From Tubulanus polymorphus (lineage: Eukaryota > Animalia > Nemertea): 64,000 nt of DNA. The translations under genes and the position numbers were made by a program. Where the stretch lies: positions 14,322,110 to 14,386,109 of the forward strand of contig NC_134030.1 of assembly GCF_964204645.1 (NCBI RefSeq). The letters are read 5' to 3'. A model generated the notes under the pieces. That model was not told where the DNA came from. It saw only the letters and a list, made by a program, of their open reading frames with translations, and searched no databases. Of this stretch, positions 50,271 through 62,408 are shown piece by piece (the stretch's first letter is position 1; every line of letters starts with the position of its first letter).

Positions 50271-51406
50271 TTTTAGAATAACGTGTCTCCGCCTGTTATA
50301 ACACTATAAGCATCACTTAAATCATATTTCCAGAAACACCGGATTTTCTTGATCACTATGTTCACAGATTCGATAAATATCAGTGTTCTCCATAGTAAAA
50401 AAATTCGTAGGGGCGGTACATACTCAGAAAACGAGCGCCGAAGCCACAAGCACTTATTGGGAATGGGGGGTCAGGGGGCTCTCCCCAGCAAAAATTTTTC
50501 TATATGTAGGTCCTCAGATGCGTTTTCCCAGCATTTGGGATCATAATCAACTAGTTTAAGTTCGGTTATTTTAATTTATAGCCTTTGGCTAGAAAGCGAT
50601 CGTCGGCAGTTTGCTTGAAGCACTTTTCTGATGGAGATTGGTAGTCCTACGTGCATAAAATGTGGTAGACTGGGAAAATCCAATTAAAAAATCTGTACAT
50701 AGTGGGTTTTTATCTTATTATCCATTCACCAAGTTGGCTGGCGTATTTATATTGTTAAACAACAGTAACAAAATCTTGCCTCACGAATGTCCTGAAAAAC
50801 ATTTACCTTATATTTTTCAATGCTTTCGAGATAGCAGAGGTAAGTTTTTCCAAGGTGATGAGCATCATTTTTGCCTTTGCATAGAATCATACTTGTAAAG
50901 CTGTGATAGCTAAATATCTGGTGTAAAAACTGATAAGCTGTAATATCATGAACACCAACCTAAAAGAAGAAAAAATGGATTCAGAAACAACCAGCGAGTG
51001 ATGAGTCATGTATCAGGTACCAGTATGCAGAAGATTTATGAGAAGTTTGTTAGGTACCACCTAAGGACAGATAAGAAACCCGAACAAGAAAGGGCACTAT
51101 GGCCAGCGTGTAGTATTCGAAATAGCAGAATAACCACTCAAAACACAGATCTATTATCAATAACCCCAGGAACTGTATCCCAAGCCCATCAGCCCATCAA
51201 ACGGCTTAGCTTTTGTCTGTGCCCTTAAAAACCCTATCTAGCCAAGACAATCAGATTACTAAGGAAAGTATTAATTTTTGAATGGATATCAAAAGGGCGA
51301 TTCTCCTGAAAATGTCCTAGAGATGTCAAAAATGAATACGACCAAAGACTCTCTTTCAAACCCACTGCTAATTGTATATAAGTGAGAAGCGCTGTAGGTC
51401 ATTATA

Positions 51407-51984
51407 CCGTAAAAACCGGCGTATAAGTCTACGCGGCGTATAAGTCAAGGTCGATTTTTAGACCTACATTTCATGATTTTAAGATATATCCGGCTCCCGA
51501 GTCCCTTCTCTTAGCAGAATAATTACTTGTATCATTATATTGAATAGTTTGTTTTGATAACAATGTGCGCCTTCATGCACGCAGCTGCGCGTCAGCCTGA
51601 TTGCTGCTGTGTGTTAATCAATAGACTGTTACACACACACTCAGGTATAATACACTACCAGTGAGACAGTATTGTGAGTCACACGCTATATATAGCCTAA
51701 TGTATTAAGCGCTGCTATGAGCGCGCATATATGAATACATCGTTTTAAATGAATCTATGTCAAAATGAAAGAAGTTTTTTTCATTAAATAACTTTATCAT
51801 GAATAATTATTCAAACTGTTATAGCAGTGAGAAGATGAACACTATTTTTTTGTCTGGTAGAATCAATATTTCTTGTGACCTGAAAATACTTAGTAGAAAA
51901 CTGTACTCGGCGTATAAGTCGAGGTCAATAATTGAGTGGTAAAATCAAGGGTTAAAAACTCGACTTATACGCCGGTTTTTACGG
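51407..51984. mobile_element. Tc1/mariner-pogo-type MITE
   Basis: Perfect 23-bp TIR CCGTAAAAACCGGCGTATAAGTC flanked by TA on both sides, with internal repeats of ggcgtataagtc. Confidence 0.9.
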
Positions 51985-52054
51985 TATGTATACTTAAGTT
52001 TCTTCTGGTTAAGAAATCGCGGAAAGTACAATTTTGATGGCATTTGCACTTTAA

Positions 52055-52342
52055 CCCTTTCAGTGCGTCTACACCGCAGTGCAATGTTTAAATCAGTGAT
52101 AGATTTTGCAAGTACACCGCACTGCGGGGTACTGATGTAATTAGTAACTAGTGATTATCTCTCTTGAAAAATGGCAGCACCTCTCAAACATAGTGAAATA
52201 CTGGTAACTAACGATACACCGCATCGGGGTGTAGACGCACTATAGTGGTATTCCCGTTATTCAACACACTAGGGTGGAATTTTAAAAAATTTTCAAATAA
52301 TCTCCAGCACTATAGGGTATTAATCAGTCAGCACTGAAAGGG
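52055..52342. mobile_element. piggyBac-type MITE
   Basis: TTAA|CCCTTTCAGTGC ... GCACTGAAAGGG|TTCA (right TSD has one mismatch), with internal tacaccgca repeats. Confidence 0.8.
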
Positions 52343-55300
52343 TTCAGTAGGTTTTGATGATCGTAGTAACTCAAAGCATTTGACTAAAGTGTATCTATAT
52401 TTGATTTGCATTAATCTTTTTGGGATATTTCGCTTAATTTTCGGTGTGCATACCTCAAATAGGTCTTATTCGAATCAGTAGTGTTTAACAGTCCAAATAA
52501 ACCTGTTGCTTTTATATCGCTTTTATATCCATTTTGTACAGAGTTGGAGGATTGATGAATATTCTCGAAAATTGAGCTTTTAATCGGCGAGAACCACCGC
52601 CTTTTTGTTCGTGTTTGTGAATTTTTTTAATGTTAATGAGCAGTACCTTATAACATGTGATCTGGGAAAGTTAATTTTTTATGGGGAGAATATATTGCAC
52701 GTACGTGTTACACTACCTGGGCACGGCCGCAATGGTTATGCTATCATAGGCCTAAATCATTTCCAAACCGCATTGTTTTGACAGCTTTGACATAGTCTAG
52801 TACCTAGCCGTTGTTCCACAAACAACATCTATGGTGAAGTGCTCATATAAGTTTAATTTTCGCCCCTCACTTTGTGGGACGAGGCTTTGAGCGTCTATTT
52901 TACCCCTTAAAACACCATCAACTTACCTCAAACTGACTGTTCTGTATTCAGATGGAAGTTAACTATTGTTTTTGCATAAATTTGCAATCCTAAGTAGCTT
53001 TTGACGATCGTAGTAACTCAAAACTTTTGCCTAGTCGCCTCAAAAAATAATTGAAGTGAAGCAACATAACAAATATGACGGCTTTTCGGGTTGCATGATG
53101 GGAGTGTAAATTACGGATTTGGACTTGAACTTGGACTGACACTTAATGCCAATGCAGATATTATTCTTGTTTCAAATTTTTAAGGTAAAATTGACCAAAA
53201 TTTATGCGTTTTATATAATGAAGTGGATTTTAGTAGTGTTCCGTTCCGTTTCGCTAATTACAGTTACCCCCTAGGGAAACTGTATTTCCGAGAACGGAAC
53301 GAAGATAAAGGTCCAATGGCCCTGTGGCTCACCATTAAGTCATTTAGTGTATATATTGTCAAAAATATTATACTAAATATAAATTAATTCGGATTGAAGA
53401 TGTATGAGGCTGACAATATATGCGCCTGCGTTAGTGTTAGAGTTTTATCATTGCCGAGTCACTGTGCTATATATAGACTTGCTCAGGTGATTACTAACAC
53501 CCACAGCCATATACTGTAACCTATATTCGCACACACGCGTGTATACAAATGTACTAGCGACGCAGTATTAGATTGTCCGTAATTTCACAAGTGAGAATAC
53601 CTCCATCCATAAAATGTCAAAAAATGCAAACATAAACGGACTTCTTTTTCTAGAAATGAAAAAATTAGCGGCTATGATTTTTTTCTTAAATAAATACCGA
53701 CTTGGAAGACCCACTACTTGCTAGTTCAAAATTGCAACTGGATTGAATAGCCCACTCGCTTATATTCGTGTCAACGAACAAATTATAAGCAAACGTACGA
53801 TACCTAATCGAATAAAATGTTCGCCATTTTGTCTTGGGTTTCACATTAGGCTTTCCCAATGGGCTTTCCCAATTACATCAGAGACGCTGAAATTCCTGGA
53901 ATTTCCCATATATCCCACAAACAGCCAATCACATTCATTGTACCTCAGGTTACAAGGTCAACTCAAATAAATAGAAGCGAGGAAATTTAGGGGGTTTATA
54001 AAGTGAGGCCCTGTAGGTCGAAAAGTAAATTGAGATCAGTCGAACTAAAAACGGCGACACTTCCAGGAAGGATTGAACTTTTATATATTTCAATTGCAAG
54101 CATGCAAATTGTCATATATAAAAACGTGCCATTACTAAGTGCTAAAAAGCAGGGTTTTTGCGTGTTTTTCAAGAATTCGTCCCCTAAAAATAACTCGATC
54201 ACTATGAAATTTTTGTGGGCTTGAGAACTCATTAAGCCAAACCATGAAACCAAAAATCAACACAATCGGTTCAACAGCCAATGTTTGTGCCTTGTTGACA
54301 CAGCGGTACTCTATTCATTTTCAATGAAAACTGCTTTATCAGACCATTTGCATAGGCAAACCTACGGTTCGCCAAAAATTATATCATGTTCCAAAGTATT
54401 AACTAAGTACATGTAGAACTGCTAATAAATATGAATAGATTATCATATATATACAATACGTGATGAAAGTGGTTTTAAGTGGTGTTTCGTTCCGTTCCGC
54501 AAATTACAGTTACCCCCTAGTGAAACTGTATTTCCCGGAACGGAACGGAACGAAGAAAATTAAATTATGTTCTTGTATCAAGTTTTAATAATTATCAATA
54601 GTATTAATAAATCGTCATCATTTGTGTGTATGACAGCAAATAAAGACATTTCTGATCCGATTACATTTTTACTTAACATGTATTTCATAGACGTTGTCGA
54701 CATGTCCGGTTTTTTCCGTCAATTAACGTTCTATCTGCTTGGTGCTTACGACTTTATTTCATCAATATTAGAGAAATTATGATAATTTACTTGTAAAAAC
54801 TGAATTTCTTTCGTCACTTTCCATACATTAAACGGTACGTAGGTAAGCCGTAAGGCAAGAAGGGTTAGGTTGATCACGTTGCGGATGTGGAAATTGGAAA
54901 TATCCAAACTTGCATATTCTCTTTATTCGTATCAAAATGGCTGGTCCTCAAAAATGCGAATTAAGTAGAGTTAGTGTAGAGTAGAGAGTTAGAAGTAGAG
55001 ACTGTAATAACAAGAAAATTAACTTTAATAAATTATTTGACGCCTGCGAAAAAATGTAAAATTTCTGGGATAAGCTAATGTGGAATTGCAAATTTGAAAT
55101 CGAAGTTTTAAGAAATTTGGGGAATTATGAGATTTGGCAATTGGGTAGATGATACAGTCTTCGACTAGTCTAATTAAAAAAAATTGTCAACTTGTGACCG
55201 ACTTCGATTCACTTTTGCTCTCTGCAAGCTGGTCTGCAACTTCATTGAGAAAGAGCTCTTCTGATGTCTGCTTCATCATGACTTCGAGCATATCGTGTAG

Positions 55301-57206
55301 CCAGCCGGCCCGGTCCCGGGGCCCGGTTTGGCTGTCACTCGATATCCTAGACTTGAGTCTGGGTTGAAGTAGACATCGTCATTTAAATGACTTATTCATG
55401 TTATTCTGTATGAATTACCCATGTGTCTTGTATTTTGTATTTTCTTATTCTAAAATTTGTAACTTTATTGAATTTGGGAATTTCATCCCGGAATTTCAAT
55501 GTAATAAGGATCAATAAAGTATTGAATTGAATTGTCACCTTATACACATGCCATCAGTGGACGCGGAGCCGTATATGACAGCTATGCTATTATAGATTGC
55601 TAATCTCACGAAACCTGCATACCCCTAATATCGAACATATTTTCTAAAACATTTGAATATTGAAATTATTTGTTTACACGTTTTTATATAGACCGCTTGT
55701 AGCCGCCGATGAAATTCACACCGGCCCTACTCAGATCGTAGATAGCTTCGTCATTCCACTAGCATCCCCATGTCAGGGTCTGACTTTTATATCAGACTTC
55801 CAAATCGTGTATACATCCGCCATACCCGAATAATCCGATTTACTTATCATTTCTATTTATGCCTGCCGCTCCTGATATAATCATACATCCTTTACTATTA
55901 CAATACCTCTTATCATGATATTCAATGCAATATAACATTTCGACGTTCAAATAGAGGTCATCATATAATCACAGGGAGCCATTCTACATCTTTATCAATA
56001 ATATTTTGCCAAATAGCTTGTATGTGTACACATAAACCTGTGACGTTTTGCACATCGATTTACGGTTGTCGTTAGTAAAATGACGCTGAATGGTTAACAT
56101 TGTTTAGGTTTCATAATGGTAACGTTTTATAAGGCGTCAAAAAATTTCTGGTTCCGTTTTGTTCCGCAAATTACAGTTACCACCAGTGAAACTGTATTTC
56201 CCGGAACGGAACAAAGAAAATAAAATTATGTTAATAAGTATTTACTTAGTAGTACTATGTATGATGACTAAAATAAATCATCATATGTAAAAATGAAAGT
56301 GGTTTTAATAAGTAGGGTTACGGACTTTGGAATTGGCCTTGCTGTAGCTTTTCACATTCTGCTGTCTGTACCAAAATTCTCAAACATTCACCTTTTGATG
56401 AGTGAAAACGGTAAGATGTAATATCCAATATCAATATCCCACATATTGTCTCTAAAGCTATAATGTATATACATGCAACAGATTCTCAAAATGCTATAAT
56501 GTATATACATGCAAGATTCTCGAACAATAATGCCGTGACAAGGTCCTGACAACACATGGAGAATGAAGCCTGGACGATCATGACAATAAATATAAATGGT
56601 CCGTTTATCTAAGGGATGCTGTGGAAAGAAAGCAGTAGGCTGAATTTATCGAAAATTTAGATGCACAACGGCCTGCAATTTGTCGAATCAAGCTATCATC
56701 GATTTGCTTTTTGAAAATTACAGAGATTTTGTTAATAACCTGAACAGCACTAATAGTAATGTAAGAATCACAAAAACGACTGATTCAATAGCAGAAAATG
56801 AGCTCTTTTAAATCTGAGTGAAAAATTGACTTCCACACAAAATTGCTAAAGTTTGCACTTATCCTCACCCCTGTCCATATCGGACAAAAAACAATTAGCT
56901 TTGCTCTGGCTTAACAAAAGTAACCTGAATGAAAAAGGTCTGTAGAGAACATGGAATGATAGCCAAAATTGATATCCATTAGTTTTGTTAATGATCACCT
57001 CTCCCCTTGAAGAAGCATATAGACATCCACCCCCTGTCCGTAAAATTCCGAAGTTCCCAAACTGGCTGCCTTTTATGAAAAGCCCAATCGCAACATCCGA
57101 AAACTGCACACCAATTACTTCTAATCCAATAGACTTTCTTTAAGGACTCCTATACCATGTCAGATGTGGCTTGATTTCAGATATACATGTACAGAGACCT
57201 TGATTA

Positions 57207-57545
57207 TCACAATCCCCTATATTGAAGCTTTGATTTCAATAAATCAAGCTGCTGTACGTCAAGCGAAATACCTATCTTCAGTAGGGCATTCCAAAAGTAC
57301 GGGTGTCTCATCAGAAGGCAGTGCTTTGAAATGCAATAATAACGGGTGGCCATTTTGTTATAAGTTGGTACCATTGCTGTCGTACCATCATCATGTTTTT
57401 CAGGTCTGTAATAACGCTCTTGATGTGAAATGACAATGTTTGTTGGTGAGATAGCTTTTAGTGGAACCGAACATTTGCAACTTTCGCAGACAGGATTTTT
57501 TTTCTTGATTTCCTTGTTCAACACTAAATGAAATGGTTCCTCATT
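57207..57545 (-). pseudogene. C-terminal zinc-finger (PARP-type-like) exon or fragment of a SWIM/MULE-like transposase
   Basis: PVCESC..ISHQERYYRP..MVPT..YYC...C..RHPYF, homologous to about 7860-8074. Confidence 0.55.
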
Positions 57546-58060
57546 ATGCTAAATTTCCCTAAATAAAAATGGGCGTTGCACATTAAGGTCAACTTCTCTT
57601 GGTGCCTCAGTCACCATTATGGGTTGTGCAGAAACATTATTCTTTCATCATCTTCGTTTAGATCCCTTTTCTCCAACATCATTTGATTTTGGTTCACTTG
57701 CATTTTCTGGGGGTAACTGTAATTTGCGGAACGGAACGGAACGGAACACCTCTTAAAACCACTTTCATCACGTATTGTATATATATGATAATCTATCATA
57801 TTTATTAGCAGTTCTACATGTACTAAGTAAATACTTTTGAACAAGATATAATTTTCGTTCTGTTCCATTCCGGAAATACAGTTTCACTAGGGGTAACTGT
57901 AATTTGCGGAACGGAACGGAACACTACTTAAATCCACTTCATTATCACCTGATTTATTCATTTTGTCAAACATAATACTACTAAAAGAATACTTATCAAC
58001 ATGACTTCATTGCCCTAAGAACGGAACCATAGTACTGTTAAACGGACTTTATTATGATTA

Positions 58061-59222
58061 AACTAGGGGTCCAGGGACAACATGCCCACTTGGGAAGTGG
58101 TTCCAAATGCTCAACAATCTAACAATTTCAATATTGAACGCCCCCTGGTGACCATATACAAAAACCAATGACCTTGAAACTCACCACAATCATAGAACAT
58201 GTCAGCAGCTTCGATTTTGTAATTGATTGTGATAACAAAATATGCCTCGTTACCAATTTAATATGGAAATACTAAGTTATTCTACTATTTAATGCCCCCT
58301 GGTGACAATATTCAAAACCCAATGACCTCGAAACTTACCACATTCATAGAACATGACATGAACTACAACTTTGCAATTGATCATGGAAACAAAATATGAC
58401 TATGTACCAATATAATAAGGAAATATTAAGTTATTATACTATACAACGCCCCCTGGTGACCATAGAGAATAACCAATGTCCTTCAAACTTGCAACAATCA
58501 TAGATGATGTCATGAGCTACAACTTTCCAATTGATTGTGGTTACAAAATATGCATAGGTACGAATATAATATAGAAATGCTAAGATATTGCATTATTCAA
58601 AGCCCCCTGGTGGCCATATTCAAAATCCAATGACCTTGAAACTCACCACAATCATAGAACACGTAATGAGCTACAACTTTCTAAATGATTGTGGTGACAA
58701 AATACGCTTAGGTATCAATATAATGTGGAAAAACTTTTTCCCACTTACGAGTACTGGTGACACCAAGATGGCCGCCAATTGCGTCATAATTGGCTGATCA
58801 AAAATACCTGTCTCAGGTATAAAACATCCCTTTCCAAAGAATACCCATCACAAAATGCAATGAGAAATGGTAAACCAGTAGGAAGCTACAGGACTCAGAA
58901 TTCGGGCCAAAATTAACATTTTTTGGCACTAAAAAGGTCATAGGACGGCCATCTTGAGTCCGATCGACCCAATTTTTGTTATACTGATGGGCCCAGGGGG
59001 GATTCACATATATCCGAAAGATCAAGGTAATTGATCGAAGCGTCTTCAAAATTTCCCTCAATAAGTTCAAAAACGTGTAAAAAGTGCTGATTTTGGTGAA
59101 CAACAATGGCTGCCAGTCGGCCATCTTGAATCTGATAGGGCCAGTTTTTGAGCTTAAGATGTGTCTAGGGTAGATACATGCGTAACCCAAATATCAAGAC
59201 ATTACCTTGAAGCGTCTTCAAA
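58061..59222 (-). mobile_element. HINE family B copy 3 (microsatellite end missing)
   Basis: Same aactaggggtccaggg end and ~156-bp tandem units. It retains a segment (~58810-59105) that is absent from copy 2. Confidence 0.85.
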
Positions 59223-60432
59223 AGGGGTAACTGTAATTTGCGGAACGGAACACTACTAAAATCCACTTCATTATCAACTGATTTATCAATTTTTGTCATA
59301 CATGTACATAGTACTACTAAGAAAATACTTATCAACATTAGAACGGAACCATAGTACTGAATGTTTCAAATCGCCAATAGTCAATTGTCTCTCGCATTGA
59401 TTAAAAAACTTGTCATTCGACACATAATTGTGATAACAATAGGGGTATCACCGACTTAATATACGTGTACTTAAATATTGTTATCATTTGAATTTGGTAT
59501 ATGGTCCCTGTTCCGTTCCGGTAATTACAGTAAGCCCTACACAAACAAGTTTCAGATTCATGACGCTCTTATGGTCCAGTACAGGATAAAACCCAGAGAA
59601 AAATATTAGCGATGTCGATCTATATCAGTGCAGTGCTTCATCTAGCATTGAAAAAGGGCAGGGTACTGATTTCAAGTAAGGGCATTTTTGAGCGTGATTC
59701 CATTGGAGCAAGGGCACATAATAACGCACTCACGTCTGTTTTAGGGGCAACCTGCAATGTTCCCTATTGCATAGAATCGAGGTACCCCTACTACGAATGA
59801 GGACTAGAAACTATCTTTAACTCTGATTTTGCCATGAGTGACACACTTGACCACAGTACATCCTTACACCTATGCCTGTAAATTGACAAAAGTTAATCAA
59901 TAATATGATAGATAGGGCTTTCAAAATGATTTGGAAAACCAGTTGCAGACAAAAAAATAGCAGACAAAAAATAGCAGAAAAAAAGCCATCTCAAAGAGCA
60001 AATGATACAGCGAAAAAAAGCCAGCAATATTGTATAGGCCTACATGAAATTGCATATCTTTAATCTTTGAAATATCAAATTAATTTATTTAAATTGATAG
60101 TGTTAGTGATCGGCAAGTAACTGATGATAATTGGTAAGCAGCCAGGTTAAGAACACATTATTGCTATTAGGCCACTCAAACTAATTGTCTCAACGAGTCT
60201 CTCTGTGAGTTCACCGAACAAAGTTTTTCACCTTGTATATATAAAATTTGTCTAATAGTCTAGATAAAAAGATCCAGAGCATCACGATGTGTTCAAAACG
60301 AAACAATCCGTGTTCAAAACGAGACAATCCATCGATTATACACCACCAGCTTTACAATCGCAGTCGCTAGAATGATTGGCAGTAGTTTGGAAGTCAGCCA
60401 ATTTCCTGGAAACTTAAACTAGGCCACGCGTC

Positions 60433-60951
60433 TGCATCCTCCCTTTGCAGGGAGTCGAACCTGATGGCATCGCTACACTCAGCCACTGCACGAACCCCTG
60501 CCATAAACGACCACGTGCGCAGTTACATGCGCACTATCCAAACGAAAACTGGCGGCACCAATCAGATTGCTCGTTGTATAATCGCTTTGGCAATCAATTC
60601 CAATATGGATTCCGTTTCGTCTCTGAGTAAATTCGAACTGCAAATATTTGAAGAAATCTGTCATATTTTCGGTTTGGAAAGTTTATCGAGTCATCAGATG
60701 TTGTATTTGATAACTGTTTGATAACAAAGCACACGAGAACGAACAAACCATTCTTCGACAAACCGGAAATCATATAAATGGGAAAACCCAGGCGGAAGTA
60801 TGGACCAAATGAAACATGATTTCTGACTGGCTGACAATGACATCACGGTAAACCTGCGCATGGATCTGCGCACATGGTCGTTTATGGCAGGGTTTCGTGC
60901 CGTGGCAATCTCGATGCCGTCAGGTTCGAATCCCTGCCGGGGGAGGATGCG
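60433..60951. repeat. Inverted pair of ~100-bp B-box-containing (tRNA-like) sequences
   Basis: About 60433-60532 and 60855-60951 are imperfect reverse complements. Each has GGTTCGA(A/C)TCC in a T-arm-like context. Confidence 0.7.
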
Positions 60952-61713
60952 CGTCTGAGGCACGTTTTCACACGATGCACATTGACTGCAGTACATTTAA
61001 ATATAACCACTGATCACATGAGCTACTATCATGATATCATACGAAATATTTCATAGCCCTCGTAGGATTCTTACTAACAGTGGGATGCGACGGCTTATTT
61101 TGAAAGCCCTGACTCATTACTCGTGACTGACAAAGGCGAGGGCGGACCTACGGGAAGTGATGAGGGCACAAGGGTGAGCATGGGACACATCTGAAGGGCA
61201 CAAGGGCGGCTATTTTCAGAGGCGGGGCGAACCGCCCCTCTATTTTTGGCAAGATGAAGCACTGCAGTGATCCCCTCCAACTAGTTATAAAAAATTTATA
61301 TTGGGAATGACTTCTAAGGTAAGGATGATGAAAGCTCTCTGCTCTGCGACATTGACTGCTGTACTACTCTTCGCCAGTCGCAAATTCCTTCTTCAGATGC
61401 ATTGGTTTAAATTAAAGATAGTAATTTCGACAGCCTATTCATTAGAACTGTTGGCTTCCTAAATTTCAGAGATTTGACTGGAATCAGATGTATTTCAGTC
61501 ACTGCTTTGCACTTAAATCGCTGTTAGTATCACCCGTTTCTATACACAACACCATGTTGTTTTGGTTCGGGTTCTAAGAATGATGTCACACTTCCGGGTT
61601 CAAGCCGATCAAGTCTCATTTTTATAGTAATGAAAGAAGAAAAATTAATTTCTTGACTGCTGAACCAATTAATAGGTTATAATTGACGATTAAAATTACT
61701 TTTAGCCAAATCT

Positions 61714-62408
61714 AACTAGGGGTCCAGGGACACCATGCCCACTTGGGAAGTGGTTTCAAATGCTCAACAATCTAACAATTTCAATATTCAACGCCCCCTA
61801 GTGACCATGTACAAAAACCAAAGACCTTGAAATCCACCACAATCATAGAACATGTCAGCAGCTACGATTTTGTAATTGATTGTGATAACAAAATATGCCT
61901 CGTTACCAATTTAATGGTCATTGGGTTTTGCATATGGTCACCAGTGGGCGTTGAATACTAAGTTATTCTACTATTCAACGCCCACTGGTGACCATATGCA
62001 AAACCCAATGACCTTAAAACTCACCACAATCGTAGTACATATCATGAAATACAACTTTGCAATTGATCATGGTAACAAAATATGCCTAGGTACCAATCTA
62101 ATAAGGAAATACTAAGCTATTCTACTATTCAACGCCCCCTGGTGACTATATGGAATAAATAATGTCCTTAAAAACTCACCACAATCATAGACGATGTCAT
62201 GAACTACAACTTTGCAATTGATCATGGTAACAAAGTATGCCTAGGTACCAATAAAATAAGGAAATACTAGGTTATTCTACTATTCAACGCCCCCTGGTGA
62301 CCATATTGAATAATTAATATCCTTAAAACTCACCACAATCATAGACGATGTCATGAGCTACAACTTTGAAATTAATTGTGGTAATAAAATATGTATTGGT
62401 ACAAATAT
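61714..62408 (-). mobile_element. HINE family B copy 4, interrupted by the BEL/Pao LTR
   Basis: Same terminus and tandem units. Homology stops at ggtacaaatat|TGTT (62409). Confidence 0.85.

Larger units (their letters stand above)
53238..59537. repeat. Dispersed/tandem short TIR-element family C (GGAAC-repeat ends)
   Basis: Junction motif gttccgttccgcaaattacagttacccc-cta-gtgaaactgtatttcccggaacggaac at ~53238, ~54488 and ~56151, and inverted at ~57862. Single ends at ~57709, ~59223 and ~59510. One complete ~180-bp unit at 57709-57887. Confidence 0.75.

Noticed and set aside
55149-55375. GC-richer stretch that might be a host exon
   Set aside because: Short, with no recognisable domain, no convincing splice sites and no neighbouring exons.
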